Shown piece by piece: positions 24,842 through 34,880 of a stretch of 37,184 nucleotides of DNA. The DNA is taken from the NCBI GenBank assembly GCA_013349695.1, contig DUZD01000002.1, forward strand, positions 1-37,184. The letters are read 5' to 3'. The stretch's first letter is position 1, and every line of letters begins with the position of its first letter. The notes beneath the pieces are model-generated. The model made no database searches and was not told where the DNA came from. It saw only the letters and a list, made by a program, of their open reading frames with translations. This DNA comes from Rhodospirillaceae bacterium (GTDB taxonomy: Bacteria > Pseudomonadota > Alphaproteobacteria > Rhodospirillales > 2-02-FULL-58-16). The position numbers and the translations under genes are program-made.

Positions 24842-26247
24842 GCGGAGCGGACAAGGCACTGAAAGCCATCCGTGACGCCGTCGGAACCAAGGGATGGATC
24901 GGCGACGGCGACGGCATGGAACCCTACCTCGGCGAGGAGCGCGGCCTCTATCACGGCACCTGCGCCGCCGTCGTGCGCCCGGCGGCGACGGAGGAAGTGG
25001 CGAAAGTGGTTGAGATCTGCTCGCATGCCGGTCTTGCCGTCGTCCCCCAAGGCGGCAACACGGGACTCGTCGGCGGCGGCGTCCCCGACGGCGGCATCTT
25101 GCTGTCAACGGTCAGACTCAACCGTATCCGCGAGATCGACGCCGGCAATCTCACGATGACGGCGGAGGCGGGCGTCGTTCTCGCCGACATCAGAGCGGCG
25201 GCCGACGAGGCCGGCTGTTCGTTTCCCCTGAGTCTGGGCGCCGAGGGGAGCTGCCGGATCGGCGGCAATCTCGCGACCAACGCCGGCGGCAGCGGCGTGC
25301 TTCGTTACGGCGCCGCCCGCGACCTGGCGCTGGGCCTGGAGGTGGTGCTTCCCGACGGACGGGTGTGGGACGGCCTCGGGCGGTTGCGCAAGGACAACAC
25401 CGGCTATGACCTGAAGCAGCTGTTCATCGGCGCCGAGGGAACGCTGGGCATCATCACGGCGGCGGTGCTGAAACTGTTTCCCCGGCCGCAAGACCGGGCG
25501 ACGGCCCTGGCCGCCGCCACCAACCTGGAGAAATTGCTGGAATTGTTCTCCCGCGTCCATGAGTCGCGTGGCGGCTCGTTGGTTGCTTTCGAGGTCATGT
25601 CACGAATTTGCGTCGATTTCGCGACCGAACACGTTGCCGGCGTCATCGACCCCTTGCGGGCCAAATATCCTTATTACGGACTCATCGAGCTGGCCGGTTC
25701 CGGCCCTGGCCTCGGCGATGCCCTGGAAACGGTCCTTGGCGCCGCTTTCGACGACGGCCTCCTGGATGATGCAGTCATCGCCACCAGCGGAGCCCAGGCA
25801 CGGCAACTGTGGCGTCTCAGGGAGGCCATCCCCGAGGCCCAGAAACACGAGGGTGGCTCCATCAAGCACGACATCGCGGTGCCGGTGTCGAAGGTCCCCG
25901 AATTCATCGCCCGGGCGACGGCGATGGTCGAACGCGAACTCCCCGGCATCCGCGCTTGCGCCTTCGGCCACTTGGGCGACGGCAACATTCATTTCAACCT
26001 GAGCCAGCCCGTTGGCATGGACAAGCAGGCCTTCCTCGGCAAGTGGCGGCACTTCAACCGCCTCGTCCACGATCTGGCCATGGACATGGAGGGCAGCTTC
26101 AGCGCCGAGCACGGCATCGGCAAGCTCAAGCGCGAAGATCTCGTCCGCTACAAATCCGAGGTGGAACTGGACCTGATGCGGACACTCAAAACCGCCCTCG
26201 ACCCCAAAGGCATCATGAACCCGGGCAAGGTGGTGGATGGTTTTTGA
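24838..26247 (+). CDS. FAD-linked oxidase (GlcD / D-2-hydroxyacid dehydrogenase-like)
   Basis: VVPQGGNTGLVGG FAD-binding block and C-terminal SAEHGIGKLKRE...LDPKGIMNPGK. ATGA overlap with tsaC. Confidence 0.85.
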   Translation: MSGADKALKAIRDAVGTKGWIGDGDGMEPYLGEERGLYHGTCAAVVRPAATEEVAKVVEICSHAGLAVVPQGGNTGLVGGGVPDGGILLSTVRLNRIREIDAGNLTMTAEAGVVLADIRAAADEAGCSFPLSLGAEGSCRIGGNLATNAGGSGVLRYGAARDLALGLEVVLPDGRVWDGLGRLRKDNTGYDLKQLFIGAEGTLGIITAAVLKLFPRPQDRATALAAATNLEKLLELFSRVHESRGGSLVAFEVMSRICVDFATEHVAGVIDPLRAKYPYYGLIELAGSGPGLGDALETVLGAAFDDGLLDDAVIATSGAQARQLWRLREAIPEAQKHEGGSIKHDIAVPVSKVPEFIARATAMVERELPGIRACAFGHLGDGNIHFNLSQPVGMDKQAFLGKWRHFNRLVHDLAMDMEGSFSAEHGIGKLKREDLVRYKSEVELDLMRTLKTALDPKGIMNPGKVVDGF

Positions 26248-26394
26248 AACCTTAATTCCCCTTCCCGTTCGCGGCCCGGATGCCCCCGAGGCATATCCGC
26301 CCTTGAACATCGGGATTTCAAGAGGGTGAAGGCGGGTCTTGGCGTGGTGGCGAGCCACCTTGGATTTTTGCCTCAAGGCTCGTATATTCAGGAA

Positions 26395-26559
26395 ATGAGT
26401 ATGATGATCACCGAAGTGTACGAGGCTTTCAAGGAGGCGGGAGCTTCCGACTATGAGAACCGATTCGCCAAGATCGAAACCGACCTCACCTTGTTGAAAC
26501 GGACGGTGGGTTTCAACCTTGCCGTCAGCCTGGGAATCGCCATGTTGCTGCTTCGGTAA
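26395..26559 (+). CDS. Possible small tail-anchored membrane protein (hypothetical)
   Basis: MSMMITEVYEAFKEAGAS...IETDLTLLKRTVGFNLAVSLGIAMLLLR has a coiled-coil-like head and a C-terminal TM. AGGAA lies just upstream of the ATG cluster at 26395-26406. There is no other support. Confidence 0.3.
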   Translation: MSMMITEVYEAFKEAGASDYENRFAKIETDLTLLKRTVGFNLAVSLGIAMLLLR

Positions 26560-26771
26560 CCGGTAGCCAAGGCCGGAGGAGTTTTTCCCGAAAAAAACTC
26601 GTTAACGAACGGCCCACCCTGAATCCCTCAAGCACGAAATGGAACGAAATTCAGGATCATTCTGGCTGTTTCAAGCCCTTCCACCTCTCTTGAGTTATTT
26701 AAAATCAACCATTTGCACCCTGTCCGTTCTCCATTGACCATAAAATTCGAACTTAATAACCTGTTACCGCC

Positions 26772-28562
26772 ATGACCGCTTACGCCGCGCCACTCACGGA
26801 CATGCGCTTCGTCATCGGCGAGCTGGCGGGACTTGCCGAGATCGCCGCCCTGCCCGGCCTCGGCGACACTTCTCCCGAGCTCGTCGACGCCATCCTGGAC
26901 GAGGCCGGGAAGTTCGGCGCCGAGGTGTTGGCTCCCCTCAACCGGCCCGGCGACATCGCCGGATGCGGATTCAACGAAGGCCTGGTGCGCACCCCGGAGG
27001 GGTTCAAGGAAGCTTACGGCCAATTCGTCGAGGGCGGATGGAATGGCCTCCCCTTCGACCCTGAATACGGCGGCCATGGGCTGCCCTGGCTGGTCTCGGC
27101 GGCGGTTTCCGAGATCTGGAACGCCGCCAATATGGCGTTGGCGCTCTGTCCCTTGCTGACGCAAGGGGCGGCCGAGATGCTCATCGTCCACGGTTCCTCC
27201 GAACTTAAATCGCGTTACCTGCGCAAGCTGGTGTCGGGCGAATGGACGGGCACCATGAACCTGACCGAACCCCAGGCCGGCTCCGATTTGGGGCAAACGC
27301 GCTGCAAGGCGGTGCGAAAAGATGGCCGCTACCTGATCAGCGGGCAGAAAATCTTCATCACTTACGGCGATCACGATCTCACTGAGAACATCATTCATAC
27401 GGTGTTGGCCCGCACCCCCGACGCGCCGCCTGGCGTCAAGGGCTTGTCGTTATTCGTCGTCCCCAAATTTTTACTCAACGAAGACGGTTCCCTGGGCGAG
27501 CGCAACGACCTTCGCTGCCTTTCCATCGAGCACAAGCTGGGCATCAACGCCAGTCCCACCTGTGTCATGTCCTACGGCGACGGCGGCGGCGCCAGCGGTT
27601 TTCTGATTGGCGAGGAAACGCGCGGCATCGAATACATGTTCACGATGATGAACAACGCCCGTCTCGCCGTCGGCCTGGAAGGCGTGGCCATCGCCGAGCG
27701 GGCCTATCAGCAGGCACGGGATTACGCCCGCGCCAGGGTGCAGGGACGCCTTCTCGGCGGCGGCGATCCGGCTCCCGTCGCCATCGTCAATCATCCGGAC
27801 GTGCGCCGGATGCTGCTTTTCATGAAGGCCGGGACGGAAGCCGCCAGGGCGCTGGCCTACCATGTCGCCGCGTCTCTCGATCTGGCCAGGCGTCATCCGG
27901 ACGAAGCCGTTCGCCGCGACCGCCGGAGTCAGATCGACCTCCTGACCCCGGTCATCAAAGCCTGGTGCACGGATACCGCCATCGAAGTCGCCAACACCGG
28001 CATCCAGGTCCACGGCGGCATGGGCTATATCGAGGAAACCGGCGCCGCCCAGCACTTGCGCGATGCCCGCATCGCCGCCATCTACGAAGGCACCAACGGC
28101 ATCCAGGCCCTGGATCTGGTCGGCCGCAAGGTGGCCCGCGACAAGGGCGCCGCCGCTACCGCCTTCATCGCCACCGTCGGCGCCCTGGGCCGGCAGTGCG
28201 GGAATGCCGGCGGCGACGATCTGACGGTTATCGCCAGGCGTTTGCTCACCGGCGTGGAGGCGCTCGGCAAAGCCACCGATTGGCTCGTCGAAACCTACCC
28301 GCGCGACCCCCGTGCCGTCGCCGCCGGCGCCGTTCATTACCTGCGTTTGTTCGGCATCGTCGCCGGCGGCTGGCTGATGGCCCGCGCCGCCTTGCGCGCC
28401 ACGGCCAAGTTGGTCGGCGGCGACGATGCCGAGTACCTGCGCGGGAAAGTGATCACCGCCCGGTTTTTCGCCGATCAATACCTTTTGCAGGCGGAAATGC
28501 TCGCTACTCTGTTCACCGAGGGTCTGTCCTCCGTCCAAGCCGCAAGCAACAGGCACCTTTAG
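26772..28562 (+). CDS. Long-form acyl-CoA dehydrogenase (with extra N- and C-terminal domains)
   Basis: 596 aa: GWNGLPFDPEYGG, TEPQAGSDL, GQKIFITYGDHD, and YEGTNGIQALDLVGRK near the C-terminal third. Confidence 0.85.
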   Translation: MTAYAAPLTDMRFVIGELAGLAEIAALPGLGDTSPELVDAILDEAGKFGAEVLAPLNRPGDIAGCGFNEGLVRTPEGFKEAYGQFVEGGWNGLPFDPEYGGHGLPWLVSAAVSEIWNAANMALALCPLLTQGAAEMLIVHGSSELKSRYLRKLVSGEWTGTMNLTEPQAGSDLGQTRCKAVRKDGRYLISGQKIFITYGDHDLTENIIHTVLARTPDAPPGVKGLSLFVVPKFLLNEDGSLGERNDLRCLSIEHKLGINASPTCVMSYGDGGGASGFLIGEETRGIEYMFTMMNNARLAVGLEGVAIAERAYQQARDYARARVQGRLLGGGDPAPVAIVNHPDVRRMLLFMKAGTEAARALAYHVAASLDLARRHPDEAVRRDRRSQIDLLTPVIKAWCTDTAIEVANTGIQVHGGMGYIEETGAAQHLRDARIAAIYEGTNGIQALDLVGRKVARDKGAAATAFIATVGALGRQCGNAGGDDLTVIARRLLTGVEALGKATDWLVETYPRDPRAVAAGAVHYLRLFGIVAGGWLMARAALRATAKLVGGDDAEYLRGKVITARFFADQYLLQAEMLATLFTEGLSSVQAASNRHL

Positions 28563-28975
28563 GCGCAATCCGTGGCGGCCCAGTCCCCCGCCGTCACTGT
28601 TCTCCGCGTGGAATTAAACAAAAACTCGGCGGCCTGGGGTTAACGGCAGGTGGAAAAATGCTCTTGATGAAAAATTAACAAAATACGTACGAAAGAAGAA
28701 CGAACCTTGCCTATCCGCTTGACGCACACACCCACTAAATAGATGCCGAGCTTTACTCTGGAGTGTAGCGGCTCACTACATGTAGTAGCAGTATGCATTA
28801 ACCGGACAGGCACGGAACGAACAAACAGCAATACCCAACAGTTTCAATTTTTTTCCATTGTTTTGCTTTTTTGTCACTTATTAATAAATAACTTAAAAAC
28901 CTGACCATTCATCCTTGATTCTCTAGCTTTTTTCCCACATTTTCGTGGGTGAGGAGGTAATTACCAGTTTTCGCC

Positions 28976-30109
28976 ATGAACGGTTTCAACAAATACGTTC
29001 TCAAGCAGCTGTTGGTGGGAATGATTCTTGTCACCATCGGGCTGACCTGCGTGATCTGGCTTACGCAATCCCTTCGTTATGTGGAAATGATCGTCAATCG
29101 CGGGCTGACGGCGGGAACCTTCATTTATTTTACAATCTTGCTGTTGCCAAAATTCCTGTCGATCATCCTGCCGATCGCGATATTCGCGGTGGTTGTTTTC
29201 ATTTACTCGAAGCTTATCACGGACCGCGAGTTGGTGATCATGAGAGGGGCGGGCCAGAGCCAAACCGCCCTCGCCAAACCGGCCTTGATTCTCGCCATGA
29301 TGGTGGTGATGTTTGGATATCTGCTCAATTTATATCTTCTGCCGGAATCCTACCGGATGTTCCGGGCACTCCAGTGGGATATCCGTTACAGTTTTTCGCA
29401 TATCCTCTTGCAGGAAGGCGTTTTCAACACCGTCTCGAAAGGCATTACCGTCTATGTGCGCGAACGCACCAAGGACGGGCAGCTTCTCGGTATTCTCGTC
29501 CATGACCAGCGCAGTGAGAAAAATCCTTTCACTATTTTGGCCGAGCGCGGCGCGTTAGTGGAAAGCAAGGACGGCTCCCGTGTCGTTATGTTCAACGGCA
29601 ATCGGCAAAGCGTCGATCCGAAAACCCATCAAATGTCCATTCTTTATTTTGACCGCAACATTTATGAGTTGGATCCTCCCAAAACTGTTGGGGATATCCG
29701 ATACCGTGGAGCGCGGGAACGGACTCTCAAAGAACTTTTCAACCTGAAAAAAGCCGACGTCAATCTCAATGATTACGGGAAATTTATTGTCGAGATGCAC
29801 AAACGTATGATTTCTCCATTGTCTGCCTTGGGCTTTACCTTTGTGGGACTCGCCTGCCTCATCACGGGAAGTTTCCGCCGCCGCAACCAATCCCGCCGTA
29901 GCGTTCTTGCCGTCGCCATCATCGTTTGCCTGCAAGCTAGCGTGTTGGGACTCGAAAACGCCTGCGCCAAAAACCTGGATTTGATTCCTCTCATGTATGC
30001 GAACGCCATTCTGCCTATTTTCGGCGGATATCTACTCATGTTGCGAACCCCAAGACGGCGGCGAACCGTTCCGGCGCTCGCCATGGGGATATTTTCGCAA
30101 AACAGCTAG
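28976..30109 (+). CDS. lptF: LPS export ABC transporter permease LptF
   Basis: 377 aa YjgP/YjgQ-type permease (MNGFNKYVLKQLL...), followed by a paralogous permease and lptD. Confidence 0.85.
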   Translation: MNGFNKYVLKQLLVGMILVTIGLTCVIWLTQSLRYVEMIVNRGLTAGTFIYFTILLLPKFLSIILPIAIFAVVVFIYSKLITDRELVIMRGAGQSQTALAKPALILAMMVVMFGYLLNLYLLPESYRMFRALQWDIRYSFSHILLQEGVFNTVSKGITVYVRERTKDGQLLGILVHDQRSEKNPFTILAERGALVESKDGSRVVMFNGNRQSVDPKTHQMSILYFDRNIYELDPPKTVGDIRYRGARERTLKELFNLKKADVNLNDYGKFIVEMHKRMISPLSALGFTFVGLACLITGSFRRRNQSRRSVLAVAIIVCLQASVLGLENACAKNLDLIPLMYANAILPIFGGYLLMLRTPRRRRTVPALAMGIFSQNS

Positions 30110-30136
30110 AAACAAACCGATAGGAAACTGTCAGCC

Positions 30137-31237
30137 GTGCGCCTCTCCACCACCATGTCGTTGTATATCGGCCGTAATTTTATTTTAAGTTTCATGGCCC
30201 TGTTCCTGATATTCATGATGTTGATCTTTCTGTTCGATATCGTTGAGCTGTTGCGCCGCGCCGCGTCCGAACCCAAGATCACCTTCATGATGGTGTTGGA
30301 GATGGCCCTTTTGAAGCTTCCTTACATGGGCCAGGAGACCTTCCCCTTCGCCATTCTGTTTAGCGGCATGGTGACTTTCTGGCGTTTGACGCGAAACCAA
30401 GAACTGGTGATCACCCGGGCGGCCGGCATCTCGGCATGGCAGATCTTGTTGCCGGTGCTGGCCCTGGCGTTTTTCTTGGGCGTGTTTAAGATTATGGTGT
30501 TCAATCCTCTCGCCTCGGCGACGCTTTCGCGTTTCGACCATCTGGAAGCAGTGTTGTTGAAGGGGCAGGCGAGCCTCCTTGCCATTTCGACGACGGGACT
30601 GTGGCTTCGCCAAGCCAATGAATCCGGCCAATCGGTGGTGCATTCACAACAGGTCCTACAACAAGAAAACGAAGTTGAACTGCGCAATGTAGTGGTTTTT
30701 ATTTACGAAGGCTCCGATCGTTTTTTGAAACGCATTGACGCCGAGTACGCTTTATTGGAGGACGGTTTCTGGCACATGCGCGAAGCTTGGGTCTACAATC
30801 CGGAACAACTGCCCAAATTCGAGAAAGAATATTGGCTGGAAACGGATCTGACCTTGCACTCGATCCAGGACAGTTTTGCGCCGCCAGAGACGATGTCCTT
30901 CTGGGATCTTCCCGGCTTCATAAGCACCCTCGAGGCCGCCGGCTTTTCGGCCGTCAGGCACCGGCTCCATTGGCATACGCTTTTGGCGGCGCCGCTATTG
31001 ATGTGCGCCATGATCCTTATCGCCGCCACCTTCACCCTCCGCCATACCCGACGCGGGGGAACCGTTTTTATCATCGCCGGCGGTGTATTGACCGGTTTCG
31101 TCTTGTACTTTTTCTCCGACGTCGTATTTGCCCTCGGCCTGTCCGACAGCATTCCCGTGACCCTGGCGGCCTGGACCCCCTCGGGTATCGCTACATTGCT
31201 GGGATTGGCCATGCTTTTGCATCTTGAAGACGGTTAG
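30137..31237 (+). CDS. lptG: LPS export ABC transporter permease LptG
   Basis: 366 aa with GTG start (LSTTMSLYIGRNFILSFMALFL...) and the same fold and topology pattern as LptF. Confidence 0.85.
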   Translation: MRLSTTMSLYIGRNFILSFMALFLIFMMLIFLFDIVELLRRAASEPKITFMMVLEMALLKLPYMGQETFPFAILFSGMVTFWRLTRNQELVITRAAGISAWQILLPVLALAFFLGVFKIMVFNPLASATLSRFDHLEAVLLKGQASLLAISTTGLWLRQANESGQSVVHSQQVLQQENEVELRNVVVFIYEGSDRFLKRIDAEYALLEDGFWHMREAWVYNPEQLPKFEKEYWLETDLTLHSIQDSFAPPETMSFWDLPGFISTLEAAGFSAVRHRLHWHTLLAAPLLMCAMILIAATFTLRHTRRGGTVFIIAGGVLTGFVLYFFSDVVFALGLSDSIPVTLAAWTPSGIATLLGLAMLLHLEDG

Positions 31238-31243
31238 GCTGTT

Positions 31244-33385
31244 ATGGGAAGGCTTTTCTCCGCTGTTCTGGGTATCATTTGTCTTCTGGTCGCCGGACCA
31301 ATATATCCGCGTGGAGCGCAAGCCGCTGGCCTTCCCGAAGCCGACATCCCCATAAAGTTTTCGGCGGACAAGCTGAGTTACGACAGCGAGCTTGGCATCG
31401 TCACCGCTAGCGGCGGCGTGGAAGCCGTCCAGGAAAACCGGGTTTTGCGGGCCGACACCATTACCTACAGCCAACAGACGGACCTCCTTACCGCGACCGG
31501 CAACATTACCCTTTTGGAACCGAGCGGCGATGTGTTGTTTGCCGAATACATGGAATTATCCGGCGATATGAAGGACGGCATCATCGAGGATTTACGCTTG
31601 GTTCTCAGCGACTCGTCCCGCATCGCCGCCGCCGGCGGCCGGCGTTCCGGTGGCGTTAAGCTTGATCTGCGCAAAGCCGTTTATTCCCCCTGCAACCTTT
31701 GTCCGGACGAGCCGGATCGGCCACCATTATGGCAAGTCAAGGCGGCCAAGGTGGTCCATGATAAAGACCGGAAAGTAATCCAATATTCGCACGCTAGGCT
31801 GGAAGTCGCCGGCATTCCCGTCGCTTATACGCCTTACTTTTCCCATGCCGACCCGACCGTCAAACGCGAGAGCGGCTTTATTGTCCCTGACATGGGCAAT
31901 TCATCGGAATTAGGGTTCTTCGTCACCGCCCCTTATTTTTTCAACATCGCCCCCAACCAAGACGCCACGCTCACTCCGATGTTTACCGCCAAGGAAGGGC
32001 CGGTGTTGGCGGGCGAATACCGGCACTTTTTTTTAAATGGCAAACTGGAAGCGTCCGGCAGCGTGACCCATGATTCGGATGGCGATCTGCGCGGCCATAT
32101 CTTCAGCGAGGGGCGCTTCGACATCGACGATACATGGAGATGGGGATTCGACGTCAACCGGGCCAAGGACGATACCTATTTGCGGCGCTACCGTTTCGGC
32201 TCCAACTCGGACGATACCTTGACCACCCATCTTTTCGCCGAAGGCTTCCGCAAACGCAATTATTTCTCCGTCAATGCCTATGCCTACCAGGGACTGCAAG
32301 AGAGCGACGATTCCGGCACATCCCCTTATGTATTCCCCATGCTCGATTACAGCCATGTCGGCGAAGCCGACCGTTTCGGCGGACGAACCAATCTCGATGT
32401 CAGCCTGTTGGCCCTCACCCGCACCGAAGGTCCGGACACCCGCCGGCTTTCCGTCAAGGGCGGATGGCAACTGCCTTTCCTGGGTCCGTTGGGAGATACC
32501 TACACCCTATCGGCTTCGCTGCAAGGTGATGTTTATCATGTCAATAGCCTCGTCGGCGGCGAAAACGAATTCAATGGTATTTCCGGGCGCATGCGGCCGG
32601 AAGTGGCGCTGGATTGGCGTTTTCCGATCATTAAAGAGGCAGATCCCATCTACCACGTGGTCGAGCCCATCGCCGCCATAATCGTCAGCCCATATGGCGG
32701 CAATTCGGAAAATATCCCAAACGAAGACAGTCTGGATTTCGAATTTGACGATACCAACCTGTTCAGTAGCAACCGTTTCACCGGTTTCGACAAGGTCGAG
32801 AGCGGTCCCCGCGTCAACTACGGGCTCAAATGGGGGGTCTTCGGCAGACAAGGGGGGAGCACCACCATCCTGGTAGGACAAAGCCTTCGTTTAAAGGACG
32901 ATTCCACGTTTGCCAGGTATTCGGGACTCGAGGATAATTTCTCCGACATCGTCGGCAAAGTTCACATCGCCCCGAGCAGTTTCCTTGATCTTCTCTACCG
33001 GACGCGCATCGACAAGGACGACCTGGACTTCCGGCGCAACGAGGTACGGCTGTCAGCGGGTGTTCCGGCATTCAACATCAGTTCAAACTATGTCTTTTTC
33101 GACCGGCAGGAAAAAAGCGAATTTCGTGGCCGTGAAGAAATTTCCATGCATCTGAATTCCCGCTTCAACCGGTTTTGGCGCGGCCAGATCGGAGGCGTCC
33201 GCGACCTCGACGACGATGGCGGCATGCGTTCGTTGTCGCTCAATTTGACTTACGAAAACGAGTGCCTTGTCGTGTCAACCACCGCCACTCGGCACTTCTT
33301 TGAAGACCGCGATCTGGACCCGACGGATGCCGTTATCTTCCGCGTTTCACTCAAAACCCTGGGCGACGTGAAGGCAGGTTTGTAA
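31244..33385 (+). CDS. lptD: LPS-assembly outer-membrane protein LptD
   Basis: 713 aa with a signal peptide, an OstA-like N-terminal domain (LSYDSELGIVTASGGVEAVQENRVLRADTITYSQ) and a large beta-barrel region. It is followed by surA-pdxA-rsmA as in E. coli. Confidence 0.9.
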   Translation: MGRLFSAVLGIICLLVAGPIYPRGAQAAGLPEADIPIKFSADKLSYDSELGIVTASGGVEAVQENRVLRADTITYSQQTDLLTATGNITLLEPSGDVLFAEYMELSGDMKDGIIEDLRLVLSDSSRIAAAGGRRSGGVKLDLRKAVYSPCNLCPDEPDRPPLWQVKAAKVVHDKDRKVIQYSHARLEVAGIPVAYTPYFSHADPTVKRESGFIVPDMGNSSELGFFVTAPYFFNIAPNQDATLTPMFTAKEGPVLAGEYRHFFLNGKLEASGSVTHDSDGDLRGHIFSEGRFDIDDTWRWGFDVNRAKDDTYLRRYRFGSNSDDTLTTHLFAEGFRKRNYFSVNAYAYQGLQESDDSGTSPYVFPMLDYSHVGEADRFGGRTNLDVSLLALTRTEGPDTRRLSVKGGWQLPFLGPLGDTYTLSASLQGDVYHVNSLVGGENEFNGISGRMRPEVALDWRFPIIKEADPIYHVVEPIAAIIVSPYGGNSENIPNEDSLDFEFDDTNLFSSNRFTGFDKVESGPRVNYGLKWGVFGRQGGSTTILVGQSLRLKDDSTFARYSGLEDNFSDIVGKVHIAPSSFLDLLYRTRIDKDDLDFRRNEVRLSAGVPAFNISSNYVFFDRQEKSEFRGREEISMHLNSRFNRFWRGQIGGVRDLDDDGGMRSLSLNLTYENECLVVSTTATRHFFEDRDLDPTDAVIFRVSLKTLGDVKAGL

Positions 33386-33514
33386 AAATCAATTTCGAAA
33401 TTTCGATGGAATCTCGGCTTGATTTGCATGGGGGCTTGTTGCGGGGCTATTATGGAGCCCTTGGTCCTTTCCTAAGTGACCTGTCGCCAGCAATGTGTCG
33501 GATGAGGTTTTGGC

Positions 33515-34855
33515 GTGATCAGGCTACGGCATTTCATTTTACGAAACCGCTACCTTGGAACGTCGGCGTTCGGCACGGTTCGGGAAACGGTGCTTCTTCG
33601 AAATCGGCCGGGGATGGTCCTGCTGGCGGTAATGGCGATGCTCGTTTGCGGCGCCATTCAGGCCCAGGAAGCGTTACGCATCGCGGCGATTGTCAACGAG
33701 GAGGTTATTTCCGCCTACGATCTCGGCGCCAGGACAGCAATGCTCCTGGCCTTTTCCCAACAAGCCGACAAGGCCGAAACCCGCCGCCGCCTCGCCCCGC
33801 AGGTTTTGCGCAGCCTGATCGACGAAAAACTGAAAATGCAGGAAGCGAAGCGGCTGAGCATTCGTGTCGGCAAAAGCGACATCGAGCGAGCCATTTCCCA
33901 GTTGGAACTGCAAAACGGCCTTCCCAAGGGTGGCCTGGATGCTTTCCTGAGCCAAAACGGAATCTCCCGGTCGGTACTGATCGACCGGATCGAAGCCGGC
34001 ATCGCCTGGATCAAAGTCGTCAATCGCCGTCTACGCGCCCAAATCTCTATCAGCGGCGAACAAATTGACGAAATGTTGGCCAAGATCGAGAAAAACAAGG
34101 GAAAGCCTGAAATGTTGGTGGCGGAAATATTGCTGCCCGTGGACAACCCGGAACATGAAAGCGAAATCGGGCTACTGGCCAACCGTTTGGTTCAGCAGGT
34201 CAAAGGCGGGGCCGCTTTCACGTCTTTGGCGGGGAATTTTTCGCAAAGCCCGACCGCCGCGGTCGGTGGCGATCTGGGCTGGATCAAGCAAGGTCAACTG
34301 GGTGGAAAACTCGACGCCACGTTGGCCAAACTGCAGCCGGGACAGATTTCCAACCCCATCCGCACGCTGGCCGGTTATCACATTCTCTTATTGCGCGAAC
34401 GGCGCACCGACCCGGGCGCGGGATCGGCCGATATCACCGTTTCTCTTCAGCAGCTCTTCATTCCCGTGCCTAAAAACACCGATCCCGCCACACAAACCGC
34501 CCAGATGGAGTTAGCCATGAGCATGGGCCAAAAAGCAAAAAACTGCCAGGACATGAAAAAACTGAGTGAGGAGTTAGACTCACCCATGTCAGGCAGCCTG
34601 GGCCGCGTCAAAATCGATTCGCTGCCAATCGAGCTGCGAACCGAGGTGCAAGATTTGGCGGTCGACAAAGCCAGCCGGCCCATCCGCACAAACGATGGCT
34701 TCATTGTTCTCATGGTCTGTGAGCGGGAAAAAGATTCCACCGACGTTCAGCGGCGGAAAGTCGAACAATTGTTGCTTGACCAACGCCGGAGTATCCTGGC
34801 ACGGCGCTATTTGCGCGACCTTCATCGCGCCGCTTTCGTGGACGTCAGGTTATGA
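33515..34855 (+). CDS. surA: Periplasmic chaperone / peptidyl-prolyl isomerase SurA
   Basis: SurA N-domain (IAAIVNEEVISAYDL...) plus a parvulin region (GGDLGWIKQGQL..., GYHILLL). The start is uncertain: GTG 33515 or ATG 33614 (MVLLAVMAMLVCGAIQAQ). Confidence 0.8.
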   Translation: MIRLRHFILRNRYLGTSAFGTVRETVLLRNRPGMVLLAVMAMLVCGAIQAQEALRIAAIVNEEVISAYDLGARTAMLLAFSQQADKAETRRRLAPQVLRSLIDEKLKMQEAKRLSIRVGKSDIERAISQLELQNGLPKGGLDAFLSQNGISRSVLIDRIEAGIAWIKVVNRRLRAQISISGEQIDEMLAKIEKNKGKPEMLVAEILLPVDNPEHESEIGLLANRLVQQVKGGAAFTSLAGNFSQSPTAAVGGDLGWIKQGQLGGKLDATLAKLQPGQISNPIRTLAGYHILLLRERRTDPGAGSADITVSLQQLFIPVPKNTDPATQTAQMELAMSMGQKAKNCQDMKKLSEELDSPMSGSLGRVKIDSLPIELRTEVQDLAVDKASRPIRTNDGFIVLMVCEREKDSTDVQRRKVEQLLLDQRRSILARRYLRDLHRAAFVDVRL

Positions 34856-34880
34856 TTCCGCCCGTCGACGGTGGAAGACC

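Noticed and set aside
24194-25108. 304-aa minus-strand ORF and other antisense ORFs across tsaC, the FAD oxidase and the acyl-CoA dehydrogenase (e.g. 25600..26376 -, 27471..28568 -, 27965..28678 +)
   Set aside because: These are RRRR/GGGG-rich translations antisense to genes with clear catalytic motifs, a typical high-GC artefact.
28640-28831. 63-aa minus-strand ORF in the AT-rich block upstream of lptF
   Set aside because: It has no RBS and odd composition, and it lies in a region better explained as promoter or non-coding DNA.
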